Assembly (NCBI GenBank): GCA_950097015.1
Contig: CATNEN010000038.1
Span: 1,860,001-1,924,000, forward strand
Direction of reading: 5' to 3'
From: Macrostomum hystrix
Taxonomy: Eukaryota; Animalia; Platyhelminthes
Length of the DNA stretch: 64,000 nt
The translations under genes and the position numbers were made by a program. Every line of letters starts with the position of its first letter. The first letter of the stretch is position 1. The notes beneath the pieces are model-generated. The model was not told the DNA's origin. It ran no database searches and was given only the letters and a program-made list of their open reading frames with translations. Shown piece after piece: positions 15,001 through 30,000 of the stretch.

Positions 15001-18000
15001 CACGACGGAAGGCACGACTTTATCGACGACTGAGACGCCGTCGATAGAGTCGAGCCCAACCACTGAAGCTAGCACAGTGACTGAAGAGTCTGCGACCACG
15101 ACTGAAGGCACGACTTTATCGACGACTGAGACGCCGTCGACAGAGTCGAGCCCAACCACAGAAGCTAGCACAGTGACTGAAGAGTCTGCGACCACGACTG
15201 AAGGCACGACTTCATCGACGACTGAGACGCCGTCGATAGAGTCGAGCCCAACCACTGAAGCTAGCACAGTGACTGAAGAGTCTGCGACCACGACGTCTGA
15301 TGGCACGACTTCATCGACGACTGAGACGCCGTCGACAGAGTCGAGCCCAACCACAGAAGCTAGCACAGTGACTGAAGAGTCTGCGACCACGACTGAAGGC
15401 ACGACTTCATCGACGACTGAGACGCCGTCGATAGAGTCGAGCCCAACCACTGAAGCTAGCACAGTGACTGAAGAGTCTGCGACCACGACTGAAGGCACGA
15501 CTTCATCGACGACTGAGACGCCGTCAATAGAGTCGAGCCCAACCACTGAAGCTAGCACAGTGACTGAAGAGTCTGCGACCACGACGTCTGAAGGCACGAC
15601 TTCATCGACGACTGAGACGCCGTCGACTGAGTCGAGCCCAACCACAGAAGCTAGCACAGTGACTGAAGAGTCTGCGACCACGACTGAAGGCACTACTTCA
15701 TCGACGACTGAGACGCCGTCGACAGAGTCGAGCCCAACCACAGAAGCTAGCACAGTTACTGAAGAGTCTGCGACCACGACGGAAGGCACGACTTCATCGA
15801 CGACTGAGACGCCGTCGATAGAGTCGAGCCCAACCACAGAAGCTAGCACAGTGACTGAAGAGTCTGCGACCACGACTGAAGGCACGACTTCATCGACGAC
15901 TGAGACGCCGTCGATAGAGTCGAGCCCAACCACAGAAGCTAGCACAGTGACTGAAGAGTCTGCGACCACGACTGAAGGCACGACTTTATCGACGACTGAG
16001 ACGCCGTCGATAGAGTCGAGCCCAACCACTGAAGCTAGCACAGTGACTGAAGAGTCTGCGACCACGACTGAAGGCACGACTTTATCGACGACTGAGACGC
16101 CGTCGACAGAGTCGAGCCCAACCACAGAAGCTAGCACAGTTACTGAAGAGTCTGCGACCACGACTGAAGGCACGACTTCATCGACGACTGAGACGCCGTC
16201 GACAGAGTCGAGCCCAACCACAGAAGCTAGCACAGTGACTGAAGAGTCTACGAACACGACGACTGAAGGCACGACTTTATCGATGACTGAGACGCCGTCG
16301 ATAGAGTCGAGCCCAACCACTGAAGCTAGCACAGTGACTGAAGAGTCTGCGACCACGACGTCTGAAGGCACGACTTCATCGACGACTGAGACGCCGTCGA
16401 TAGAGTCGAGCCCAACCACTGAAGCTAGCACAGTGACTGAAGAGTCTGCGACCACGACGTCTGAAGGCACGACTTCATCGACGACTGAGACGCCGTCGAC
16501 TGAGTCGAGCCCAACCACAGAAGCTAGCACAGTGACTGAAGAGTCTGCGACCACGACTGAAGGCACGACTTCATCGACGACTGAGACGCCGTCGACAGAG
16601 TCGAGCCCAACCACAGAAGCTAGCACAGTGACTGAAGAGTCTGCGACCACGACGGAAGGCACGACTTCATCGACGACTGAGACGCCGTCGATAGAGTCGA
16701 GCCCAACCACTGAAGCTAGCACAGTGACTGAAGAGTCTGCGACCACGACTGAAGGCACGACTTCATCGATGACCGAGACGCCGTCGACAGAGTCAAGCCG
16801 AACCACAGAAGCTAGCACAGTGACTGAAGAGTCTACGAACACGACGTCTGATGGCACGACTTTATCGACGACTGAGACGCCATCGATAGAGTCGAGCCCA
16901 ACCACTGAAGCTAGCACAGTGACTGAAGAGTCTGCAACCAAGACGTCTAAAGGCACGACTTCATCAACGACTGAGACGCCGTTGACAGAGTCGAGCCCAA
17001 CCACAGAAGCTAGCACAGTGACTGAAGAGTCTGCGACCACGACTGAAGGCACGACTTCATCGACGACTGAGACGCCGTCGACAGAGTCGAGCCCAACCAC
17101 AGAAGCTAGCACAGTGACTGAAGAGTCTACGAACACGACGTCTGACGGCACGACTTTATCGATGACTGAGACGCCATCGATAGAGTCGAGCCCAACCACT
17201 GAAGCTAGCACAGTGACTGAAGAGTCTGCGACCACGACTGAAGGCACGACTTCATCGACGACTGAGACGCCGTCGACAGAGTCGAGCCCAACCACAGAAG
17301 CTAGCACAGTGACTGAAGAGTCTGCGACCACGACATCTGATGGCACGACTTCATCGACGACTGAGACGCCGTCGACAGAGTCGAGCCCAACCACAGAAGC
17401 TAGCACAGTGACTGAAGAGTCTACGAACACGACGTCTGATGGCACGACTTTATCGACGACTGAGACGCCGTCCACAGAGTCGAGCCCAACCACAGAAGCT
17501 AGCACAGTGACTGAAGAGTCTGCGACCACGACTGAAGGCACGACTTCATCGATGACTGAGACGCCGTCGACAGATTCGAGCCCAACCACAGAAGCTAGCA
17601 CAGTGACTGAAGAGTATACGAACACGACGTCTGATGGCACGACTTTATCGACGACTGAGACGCCGTCCACAGAGTCGAGCCCAACCACAGAAGCTAGCAC
17701 AGTGACTGAAGAGTCTGCGACCACGACTGAAGGCACGACTTCATCGACGACTGAGACGCCGTCGATAGAGTCGAGCCCAACCACTGAAGCTAGCACAGTG
17801 ACTGAAGAGTCTGCGACCACGACGTCTGATGGCACGACTTCATCGACGACTGAGACGCCGTCGACAGAGTCGAGCCCAACCACAGAAGCTAGCACAGTGA
17901 CTGAAGAGTCTGCGACCACGACTGAAGGCACGACTTTATCGACGACTGAGACGCCGTCCACAGAGTCGAGCCCAACCACTGAAGCTAGCACAGTGACTGA

Positions 18001-21000
18001 AGAGTCTGCGACCACGACTGAAGGCACGACTTCATCGACGACTGAGACGCCGTCGACAGAGTCGAGCCCAACCACAGAAGCTAGCACAGTGACTGAAGAG
18101 TCTGCGACCACGACTGAAGGCACGACTTTATCGACGACTGAGACGCCGTCGACAGAGTCGAGCCCAACCACAGAAGCTAGCACAGTGACTGAAGAGTCTG
18201 CGACCACGACTGAAGGCACGACTTCATCGACGACTGAGACGCCGTCGACAGAGTCGAGCCCAACCACAGAAGCTAGCACAGTGACTGAAGAGTCTACGAA
18301 CACGACGTCTGACGGCACGACTTTATCGATGACTGAGACGCCGTCGATAGAGTCGAGCCCAACCACTGAAGCTAGCACAGTGACTGAAGAGTCTGCGACC
18401 ACGACGTCTGAAGGCACGACTTCATCGACGACTGAGACGCCGTCGATAGAGTCGAGCCCAACAACAGAAGCTAGCACAGTGACTGAAGTGTCTACGAACA
18501 CGACGTCTGACAGCACGACTTTATCGACGACTGAGACGCCGTCCACAGAGTCGAGCCCAACCACTGAAGCTAGCACAGTGACTGAAGAGTCTGCGACCAC
18601 GACTGAAGGCACGACTTCATCGACGACTGAGACGCCGTCGACAGAGTCGAGCCCAACCACAGAAGCTAGCACAGTGACTGAAGAGTCTGCGACCACGACG
18701 GAAGGCACGACTTCATCGACGACTGAGACGCCGTCGATAGAGTCGAGCCCAACCACAGAAGCTAGCACAGTGACTGAAGAGTCTGCGACCACGACTGAAG
18801 GCACGACTTCATCGACGACTGAGACGCCGTCGATAGAGTCGAGCCCAACCACTGAAACTAGCACAGTGACTGAAGAGTCTGCGACCACGACGTCTGATGG
18901 CACGACTTCATCGACGACTGAGACGCCGTCGACAGAGTCGAGCCCAACCACAGAAGCTAGCACAGTGACTGAAAAGTCTGCCACCACGACTGAAGGCACG
19001 ACTTCATCGACGACTGAGACGCCGTCGACAGAGTCGAGCCCAACCACAGAAGCTAGCACAGTTACTGAAGAGTCTGCGACCACGACGGAAGGCACGACTT
19101 CATCGACGACTGAGACGCCGTCGATAGAGTCGAGCCCAACCACAGAAGCTAGCACAGTGACTGAAGAGTCTGCGACCACGACTGAAGGCACGACTTCATC
19201 GACGACTGAGACGCCGTCGATAGAGTCGAGCCCGACCACTGAAGCTAGCACAGTGACTGAAGAGTATACGAACACGACGTCTGATGGCACGACTTTATCG
19301 ACGACTGAGACGCCGTCCACAGAGTCGAGCCCAACCACAGAAGCTAGCACAGTGACTGAAGAGTCTGCGACCACGACGGAAGGCACGACTTCATCGATGA
19401 CTGAGACGCCGTCGACAGAGTCGAGCCCAACCACAGAAGCTAGCACAGTGACTGAAGAGTCTGCGACCACGACGTCTAAAGGCACGACTTCATCGACGAC
19501 TGAGACGCCGTCGACAGAGTCGAGCCCAACCACAGAAGCTAGCACAGTGACTGAAGAGTCTGCGACCACGACTGAAGGCACGACTTCATCGACGACTGAG
19601 ACGCCGTCGACAGAGTCGAGCCCAACCACAGAAGCTAGCACAGTTACTGAAGAGTCTGCGACCACGACGGAAGGCACGACTTCATCGACGACTGAGACGC
19701 CGTCGATAGAGTCGAGCCCAACCACAGAAGCTAGCACAGTGACTGAAGAGTCTGCGACCACGACTAAAGGCACGACTTCATCGACGACTGAGACGCCGTC
19801 GATAGAGTCGAGCCCAACCACAGAAGCTAGCACAGTGACTGAAGAGTATACGAACACGACGTCTGATGGCACGACTTTATCGACGACTGAGACGCCGTCC
19901 ACAGAGTCGAGCCCAACCACAGAAGCTAGCACAGTGACTGAAGAGTCTGCGACCACGACTGAAGGCACGACTTCATCGATGACTGAGACGCCGTCGACAG
20001 ATTCGAGCCCAACCACAGAAGCTAGCACAGTGACTGAAGAGTATACGAACACGACGTCTGATGGCACGACTTTATCGACGACTGAGACGCCGTCCACAGA
20101 GTCGAGCCCAACCACAGAAGCTAGCACAGTGACTGAAGAGTCTGCGACCACGACTGAAGGCACGACTTCATCGACGACTGAGACGCCGTCGATAGAGTCG
20201 AGCCCAACCACTGAAGCTAGCACAGTGACTGAAGAGTCTGCGACCACGACGTCTGATGGCACGACTTCATCGACGACTGAGACGCCGTCGACAGAGTCGA
20301 GCCCAACCACAGAAGCTAGCACAGTGACTGAAGAGTCTGCGACCACGACTGAAGGCACGACTTTATCGACGACTGAGACGCCGTCCACAGAGTCAAGCCC
20401 AACCACTGAAGCTAGCACAGTGACTGAAGAGTCTGCGACCACGACTGAAGGCACGACTTCATCGACGACTGAGACGCCGTCGACAGAGTCGAGCCCAACC
20501 ACAGAAGCTAGCACAGTGACTGAAGAGTCTGCGACCACGACTGAAGGCACGACTTTATCGACGACTGAGACGCCGTCGACAGAGTCGAGCCCAACCACAG
20601 AAGCTAGCACAGTGACTGAAGAGTCTGCGACCACGACTGAAGGCACGACTTCATCGACGACTGAGACGCCGTCGACAGAGTCGAGCCCAACCACAGAAGC
20701 TAGCACAGTGACTGAAGAGTCTACGAACATGACGTCTGACGGCACGACTTTATCGATGACTGAGACGCCGTCGATAGAGTCGAGCCCAACCACTGAAGCT
20801 AGCACAGTGACTGAAGAGTCTGCGACCACGACGTCTGAAGGCACGACTTCATCGACGACTGAGACGCCGTCGATAGAGTCGAGCCCAACAACAGAAGCTA
20901 GCACAGTGACTGAAGTGTCTACGAACACGACGTCTGACAGCACGACTTTATCGACGACTGAGACGCCGTCCACAGAGTCGAGCCCAACCACTGAAGCTAG

Positions 21001-24000
21001 CACAGTGACTGAAGAGTCTGCGACCACGACTGAAGGCACGACTTCATCGACGACTGAGACGCCGTCGATAGAGTCGAGCCCAACCACTGAAGCTAGCACA
21101 GTGACTGAAGAGTCTGCGACCACGACGTCTGATGGCACGACTTCATCGACGACTGAGACGCCGTCGACAGAGTCGAGCCCAACCACAGAAGCTAGCACAG
21201 TGACTGAAGAGTCTGCGACCACGACTGAAGGCACGACTTCATCGACGACTGAGACGCCGTCGACAGAGTCGAGCCCAACCACAGAAGCTAGCACAGTTAC
21301 TGAAGAGTCTGCGACCACGACGGAAGGCACGACTTCATCGACGACTGAGACGCCGTCGATAGAGTCGAGCCCAACCACAGAAGCTAGCACAGTGACTGAA
21401 GAGTCTGCGACCACGACTGAAGGCACGACTTCATCGACGACTGAGACGCCGTCGATAGAGTCGAGCCCAACCACTGAAACTAGCACAGTGACTGAAGAGT
21501 CTGCGACCACGACGTCTGATGGCACGACTTCATCGACGACTGAGACGCCGTCGACAGAGTCGAGCCCAACCACAGAAGCTAGCACAGTGACTGAAGAGTC
21601 TGCCACCACGACTGAAGGCACGACTTCATCGACGACTGAGACGCCGTCGACAGAGTCGAGCCCAACCACAGAAGCTAGCACAGTTACTGAAGAGTCTGCG
21701 ACCACGACGGAAGGCACGACTTCATCGACGACTGAGACGCCGTCGATAGAGTCGAGCCCAACCACAGAAGCTAGCACAGTGACTGAAGAGTCTGCGACCA
21801 CGACTGAAGGCACGACTTCATCGACGACTGAGACGCCGTCGATAGAGTCGAGCCCGACCACTGAAGCTAGCACAGTGACTGAAGAGTCTGCGACCACGAC
21901 GTCTGATGGCACGACTTCATCGACGACTGAGACGCCGTCGATGGAGTCGAGCCCAACCACAGAAGCTAGCACAGTGACTGAAGAGTCTGCGACCACGACT
22001 GAAGGCACGACTTTATCGACGACTGAGACGCCGTCCACAGAGTCGAGCCCAACTACTGAAGCTAGCACAGTGACTGAAGAGTCTGCGACCACGACTGAAG
22101 GCACGACTTCATCGACGACTGAGACGCCGTCGACAGAGTCGAGCCCAACCACAGAAGCTAGCACAGTGACTGAAGAGTCTGCGACCACGACGGAAGGCAC
22201 GACTTTATCGACGACTGAGACGCCGTCGATAGAGTCGAGCCCAACCACTGAAGCTAGCACAGTGACTGAAGAGTCTGCGACCACGACTGAAGGCACGACT
22301 TTATCGACGACTGAGACGCCGTCGACAGAGTCGAGCCCAACCACAGAAGCTAGCACAGTGACTGAAGAGTCTGCGACCACGACTGAAGGCACGACTTCAT
22401 CGACGACTGAGACGCCGTCGATAGAGTCGAGCCCAACCACTGAAGCTAGCACAGTGACTGAAGAGTCTGCGACCACGACGTCTGATGGCACGACTTCATC
22501 GACGACTGAGACGCCGTCGACAGAGTCGAGCCCAACCACAGAAGCTAGCACAGTGACTGAAGAGTCTGCGACCACGACTGAAGGCACGACTTCATCGACG
22601 ACTGAGACGCCGTCGATAGAGTCGAGCCCAACCACTGAAGCTAGCACAGTGACTGAAGAGTCTGCGACCACGACTGAAGGCACGACTTCATCGACGACTG
22701 AGACGCCGTCAATAGAGTCGAGCCCAACCACTGAAGCTAGCACAGTGACTGAAGAGTCTGCGACCACGACGTCTGAAGGCACGACTTCATCGACGACTGA
22801 GACGCCGTCGACTGAGTCGAGCCCAACCACAGAAGCTAGCACAGTGACTGAAGAGTCTGCGACCACGACTGAAGGCACTACTTCATCGACGACTGAGACG
22901 CCGTCGACAGAGTCGAGCCCAACCACAGAAGCTAGCACAGTTACTGAAGAGTCTGCGACCACGACGGAAGGCACGACTTCATCGACGACTGAGACGCCGT
23001 CGATAGAGTCGAGCCCAACCACAGAAGCTAGCACAGTGACTGAAGAGTCTGCGACCACGACTGAAGGCACGACTTCATCGACGACTGAGACGCCGTCGAT
23101 AGAGTCGAGCCCAACCACAGAAGCTAGCACAGTGACTGAAGAGTCTGCGACCACGACTGAAGGCACGACTTTATCGACGACTGAGACGCCGTCGATAGAG
23201 TCGAGCCCAACCACTGAAGCTAGCACAGTGACTGAAGAGTCTGCGACCACGACTGAAGGCACGACTTTATCGACGACTGAGACGCCGTCGACAGAGTCGA
23301 GCCCAACCACAGAAGCTAGCACAGTTACTGAAGAGTCTGCGACCACGACTGAAGGCACGACTTCATCGACGACTGAGACGCCGTCGACAGAGTCGAGCCC
23401 AACCACAGAAGCTAGCACAGTGACTGAAGAGTCTACGAACACGACGACTGAAGGCACGACTTTATCGATGACTGAGACGCCGTCGATAGAGTCGAGCCCA
23501 ACCACTGAAGCTAGCACAGTGACTGAAGAGTCTGCGACCACGACGTCTGAAGGCACGACTTCATCGACGACTGAGACGCCGTCGATAGAGTCGAGCCCAA
23601 CCACTGAAGCTAGCACAGTGACTGAAGAGTCTGCGACCACGACGTCTGAAGGCACGACTTCATCGACGACTGAGACGCCGTCGACTGAGTCGAGCCCAAC
23701 CACAGAAGCTAGCACAGTGACTGAAGAGTCTGCGACCACGACTGAAGGCACGACTTCATCGACGACTGAGACGCCGTCGACAGAGTCGAGCCCAACCACA
23801 GAAGCTAGCACAGTGACTGAAGAGTCTGCGACCACGACGGAAGGCACGACTTCATCGACGACTGAGACGCCGTCGATAGAGTCGAGCCCAACCACTGAAG
23901 CTAGCACAGTGACTGAAGAGTCTGCGACCACGACTGAAGGCACGACTTCATCGATGACCGAGACGCCGTCGACAGAGTCAAGCCGAACCACAGAAGCTAG

Positions 24001-27000
24001 CACAGTGACTGAAGAGTCTACGAACACGACGTCTGATGGCACGACTTTATCGACGACTGAGACGCCATCGATAGAGTCGAGCCCAACCACTGAAGCTAGC
24101 ACAGTGACTGAAGAGTCTGCAACCAAGACGTCTAAAGGCACGACTTCATCAACGACTGAGACGCCGTTGACAGAGTCGAGCCCAACCACAGAAGCTAGCA
24201 CAGTGACTGAAGAGTCTGCGACCACGACTGAAGGCACGACTTCATCGACGACTGAGACGCCGTCGACAGAGTCGAGCCCAACCACAGAAGCTAGCACAGT
24301 GACTGAAGAGTCTACGAACACGACGTCTGACGGCACGACTTTATCGATGACTGAGACGCCATCGATAGAGTCGAGCCCAACCACTGAAGCTAGCACAGTG
24401 ACTGAAGAGTCTGCGACCACGACTGAAGGCACGACTTCATCGACGACTGAGACGCCGTCGACAGAGTCGAGCCCAACCACAGAAGCTAGCACAGTGACTG
24501 AAGAGTCTGCGACCACGACATCTGATGGCACGACTTCATCGACGACTGAGACGCCGTCGACAGAGTCGAGCCCAACCACAGAAGCTAGCACAGTGACTGA
24601 AGAGTCTACGAACACGACGTCTGATGGCACGACTTTATCGACGACTGAGACGCCGTCGATAGAGTCGAGCCCAACCACTGAAGCTAGCACAGTGACTGAA
24701 GAGTCTGCGACCACGACGGAAGGCACGACTTCATCGACGACTGAGACGCCGTCGATGGAGTCGAGCCCAACCACAGAAGCTAGCACAGTGACTGAAGAGT
24801 CTGCGACCACGACTGAAGGCACGACTTCATCGACGACTGAGACGCCGTCCACAGAGTCGAGCCCAACCACAGAAGCTAGCACAGTGACTGAAGAGTCTGC
24901 GACCACGACTGAAGGCACGACTTCATCGACGACTGAGACGCCGTCGATAGAGTCGAGCCCAACCACAGAAGCTAGCACAGTGACTGAAGAGTCTGCGACC
25001 ACGACTGAAGGCACGACTTTATCGACGACTGAGACGCCGTCCACAGAGTCGAGCCCAACCACTGAAGCTAGCACAGTGACTGAAGAGTCTGCGACCACGA
25101 CGTCTGATGGCACGACTTCATCGACGACTGAGACGCCGTCGACAGAGTCGAGCCCAATCACAGAAGCTAGCACAGTGACTGAAGAGTCTGCGACCACGAC
25201 GTCTGTTGGCACGACTTCATCGACGACTGAGACGCCGTCCACAGAGTCGAGCCCAACCACAGAAGCTAGCACAGTGACTGAAGAGTCTGCGACCACGACT
25301 GAAGGCACGACTTCATCGATGACCGAGACGCCGTCGACAGAGTCAAGCCCAACCACAGAAGCTAGCACAGTGACTGAAGAGTCTACGAACACGACGTCTG
25401 ATGGCACGACTTTATCGACGACTGAGACGCCGTCGATAGAGTCGAGCCCAACCACAGGAGCTAGCACAGTGACTGAAGAGTCTGCGACCACGACTGAAGG
25501 CACGACTTCATCGACGACTGAGACGCCGTCGACAGAGTCGAGCCCAACCACAGAAGCTAGCACAGTGACTGAAGAGTCTGCGACCACGACGGAAGGCACG
25601 ACTTCATCGACGACTGAGACGCCGTCGATAGAGTCGAGCCCAACCACTGAAGCTAGCACAGTGACTGAAGAGTCTGCGACCACGACTGAAGGCACGACTT
25701 CATCGATGACCGAGACGCCGTCGACAGAGTCAAGCCGAACCACAGAAGCTAGCACAGTGACTGAAGAGTCTACGAACACGACGTCTGATGGCACGACTTT
25801 ATCGACGACTGAGACGCCATCGATAGAGTCGAGCCCAACCACTGAAGCTAGCACAGTGACTGAAGAGTCTGCAACCAAGACGTCTAAAGGCACGACTTCA
25901 TCAACGACTGAGACGCCGTTGACAGAGTCGAGCCCAACCACAGAAGCTAGCACAGTGACTGAAGAGTCTGCGACCACGACTGAAGGCACGACTTCATCGA
26001 CGACTGAGACGCCGTCGACAGAGTCGAGCCCAACCACAGAAGCTAGCACAGTGACTGAAGAGTCTACGAACACGACGTCTGACGGCACGACTTTATCGAT
26101 GACTGAGACGCCGTCGATAGAGTCGAGCCCAACCACTGAAGCTAGCACAGTGACTGAAGAGTCTGCGACCACGACTGAAGGCACGACTTCATCGACGACT
26201 GAGACGCCGTCGACAGAGTCGAGCCCAACCACAGAAGCTAGCACAGTGACTGAAGAGTCTGCGACCACGACATCTGATGGCACGACTTCATCGACGACTG
26301 AGACGCCGTCGACAGAGTCGAGCCCAACCACAGAAGCTAGCACAGTGACTGAAGAGTCTACGAACACGACGTCTGATGGCACGACTTTATCGACGACTGA
26401 GACGCCGTCGATAGAGTCGAGCCCAACCACTGAAGCTAGCACAGTGACTGAAGAGTCTGCGACCACGACGGAAGGCACGACTTCATCGACGACTGAGACG
26501 CCGTCGATGGAGTCGAGCCCAACCACAGAAGCTAGCACAGTGACTGAAGAGTCTGCGACCACGACTGAAGGCACGACTTCATCGACGACTGAGACGCCGT
26601 CCACAGAGTCGAGCCCAACCACAGAAGCTAGCACAGTGACTGAAGAGTCTGCGACCACGACTGAAGGCACGACTTCATCGACGACTGAGACGCCGTCGAT
26701 AGAGTCGAGCCCAACCACAGAAGCTAGCACAGTGACTGAAGAGTCTGCGACCACGACTGAAGGCACGACTTTATCGACGACTGAGACGCCGTCCACAGAG
26801 TCGAGCCCAACCACTGAAGCTAGCACAGTGACTGAAGAGTCTGCGACCACGACGTCTGATGGCACGACTTCATCGACGACTGAGACGCCGTCGACAGAGT
26901 CGAGCCCAATCACAGAAGCTAGCACAGTGACTGAAGAGTCTGCGACCACGACGTCTGATGGCACGACTTCATCGACGACTGAGACGCCGTCGATGGAGTC

Positions 27001-30000
27001 GAGCCCAACCACAGAAGCTAGCACAGTGACTGAAGAGTCTGCGACCACGACTGAAGGCACGACTTCATCGATGACCGAGACGCCGTCGACAGAGTCAAGC
27101 CCAACCACAGAAGCTAGCACAGTGACTGAAGAGTCTACGAACACGACGTCTGATGGCACGACTTTATCGACGACTGAGACGCCGTCGATAGAGTCGAGCC
27201 CAACCACTGAAGCTAGCACAGTGACTGAAGAGTCTGCGACCACGACGTCTAAAGGCACGACTTCATCGACGACTGAGACGCCGTCGACAGAGTCGAGCCC
27301 AACCACAGAAGCTAGCACAGTGACTGAAGAGTCTGCGACCACAACTGAAGGCACGACTTCATCGACGACTGAGACGCCGTCGACAGAGTCGAGCCCAACC
27401 ACAGAAGCTAGCACAGTGACTGAAGAGTCTGCGACCACGACTGAAGGCACGACTTCATCGACGACTGAGACGCCGTCGACAGAGTCGAGCCCAATCACAG
27501 ATGCTAGCACAGTGACTGAAGAGTCTGCGACCACGACTGAAGGCACGACTTCATCGACGACTGAGACGCCGTCGACAGAGTCGAGCCCAACCACTGAAGC
27601 TAGCACAGTGACTGAAGAGTCTGCGACCACGACGTCTGATGGCACGACTTCATCGACGACTGAGACGCCGTCCACAGAGTCGAGCCCAACCACTGAAGCT
27701 AGCACAGTGACTGAAGAGTCTGCGACCACGACTGAAGGCACGACTTTATCGACGACTGAGACGCCGTCGACAGAGTCGAGCCCAACCACAGAAGCTAGCA
27801 CAGTGACTGAAGAGTCTACGAACACGACGTCTGATGGCACGACTTTATCGACGACTGAGACGCCGTCGATAGAGTCGAGCCCAACCACTGAAGCTAGCAC
27901 AGTGACTGAAGAGTCTGCGACCACGACGTCTAAAGGCACGACTTCATCGACGACTGAGACGCCGTCGACAGAGTCGAGCCCAACCACAGAAGCTAGCACA
28001 GTGACTGAAGAGTCTGCGACCACGACTGAAGGCACGACTTCATCGACGACTGAGACGCCGTCGACAGAGTCGAGCCCAACCACAGAAGCTAGCACAGTGA
28101 CTGAAGAGTCTGCGACCACGACTGAAGGCACGACTTCATCGACGACTGAGACGCCGTCGATAGAGTCGAGCCCAACCACTGAAGCTAGCACAGTGACTGA
28201 AGAGTCTGCGACCACGACTGAAGGCACGACTTCATCGACGACTGAGACGCCGTCGACAGAGTCAAGCCGAACCACAGAAGCTAGCACAGTGACTGAAGAG
28301 TCTGCGACCACGACGTCTGATGGCACGACTTCATCGACGACTGAGACGCCGTCCACAGAGTCGAGCCCAACCACTGAAGCTAGCACAGTGACTGAAGAGT
28401 CTGCGACCACGACTGAAGGCACGACTTTATCGACGACTGAGACGCCGTCGACAGAGTCGAGCCCAACCACAGAAGCTAGCACAGTGACTGAAGAGTCTAC
28501 GAACACGACGTCTGATGGCACGACTTTATCGACGACTGAGACGCCGTCGATAGAGTCGAGCCCAACCACTGAAGCTAGCACAGTGACTGAAGAGTCTGCG
28601 ACCACGACATCTGATGGCACGACTTCATCGACGACTGAGACGCCGTCGACAGAGTCGAGCCCAACCACAGAAGCTAGCACAGTGACTGAAGAGTCTACGA
28701 ACACGACGTCTGATGGCACGACTTTATCGACGACTGAGACGCCGTCGATAGAGTCGAGCCCAACCACTGAAGCTAGCACAGTGACTGAAGAGTCTGCGAC
28801 CACGACTGAAGGCACGACTTCATCGACGACTGAGACGCCGTCGACAGAGTCGAGCCCAATCACAGAAGCTAGCACAGTGACTGAAGAGTCTGCGACCACG
28901 ACGGAAGGCACGACTTCATCGACGACTGAGACGCCGTCGATAGAGTCGAGCCCAACCACAGAAGCTAGCACAGTGACTGAAGAGTCTGCGACCACGACGT
29001 CTGATGGCACGACTTCATCGACGACTGAGAAGCCGTCCACAGAGTCGAGCCCAACCACAGAAGCTAGCACAGTGACTGAAGAGTATACGAACACGACGTC
29101 TGATGGCACGACTTTATCGACGACTGAGACGCCGTCCACAGAGTCGAGCCCAACCACTGAAGCTAGCACAGTGACTGAAGAGTCTGCGACCACGACTGAA
29201 GGCACGACTTTATCGACGACTGAGACGCCGTCCACAGAGTCGAGCTCAACCACTGAAGCTAGCACAGTGACTGAAGAGTCTGCGACCACGACTGAAGGCA
29301 CGACTTCATCGACGACTGAGACACCGTCGACAGAGTCGAGCCCGACCACAGAAGCTAGCACAGTGACTGAAGAGTCTACGAACACGACGTCTGAAGGCAC
29401 GACTTCATCGACGACTGAGACGCCATCGATAGAGTCGAGCCCAACCACAGAAGCTAGCACAGTGACTGAAGAGTCTGCGACCACGACGTCTAAAGGCACG
29501 ACTTCATCGACGACTGAGACGCCGTCGACAGAGTCGAGCCCAACCACAGAAGCTAGCACAGTGACTGAAGAGTCGGCGACCACGACTGAAGGCACGACTT
29601 CATCGACGACTGAGACGCCGTCGACAGAGTCGAGCCCAACCACAGAAGCTAGCACAGTGACTGAAGAGTCTGCGACCACGACTGAAGGCACGACTTCATC
29701 GACGACTGAGACGCCGTCAATAGAGTCGAGCCCAACCACTGAAGCTAGCACAGTGACTGAAGAGTCTGCGACCACGACTGAAGGCACGACTTCATCGACG
29801 ACTGAGACGCCGTCGACAGAGTCGAGCCCAACCACAGAAGCTAGCACAGTGACTGAAGAGTCTGCGACCACGACGGAAGGCACGACTTCATCGACGACTG
29901 AGACGCCGTCAATAGAGTCGAGCCCAACCACTGAAGCTAGCACAGTGACTGAAGAGTCTGCGACCACGACTGAAGGCACGACTTCATCGACGACTGAGAC

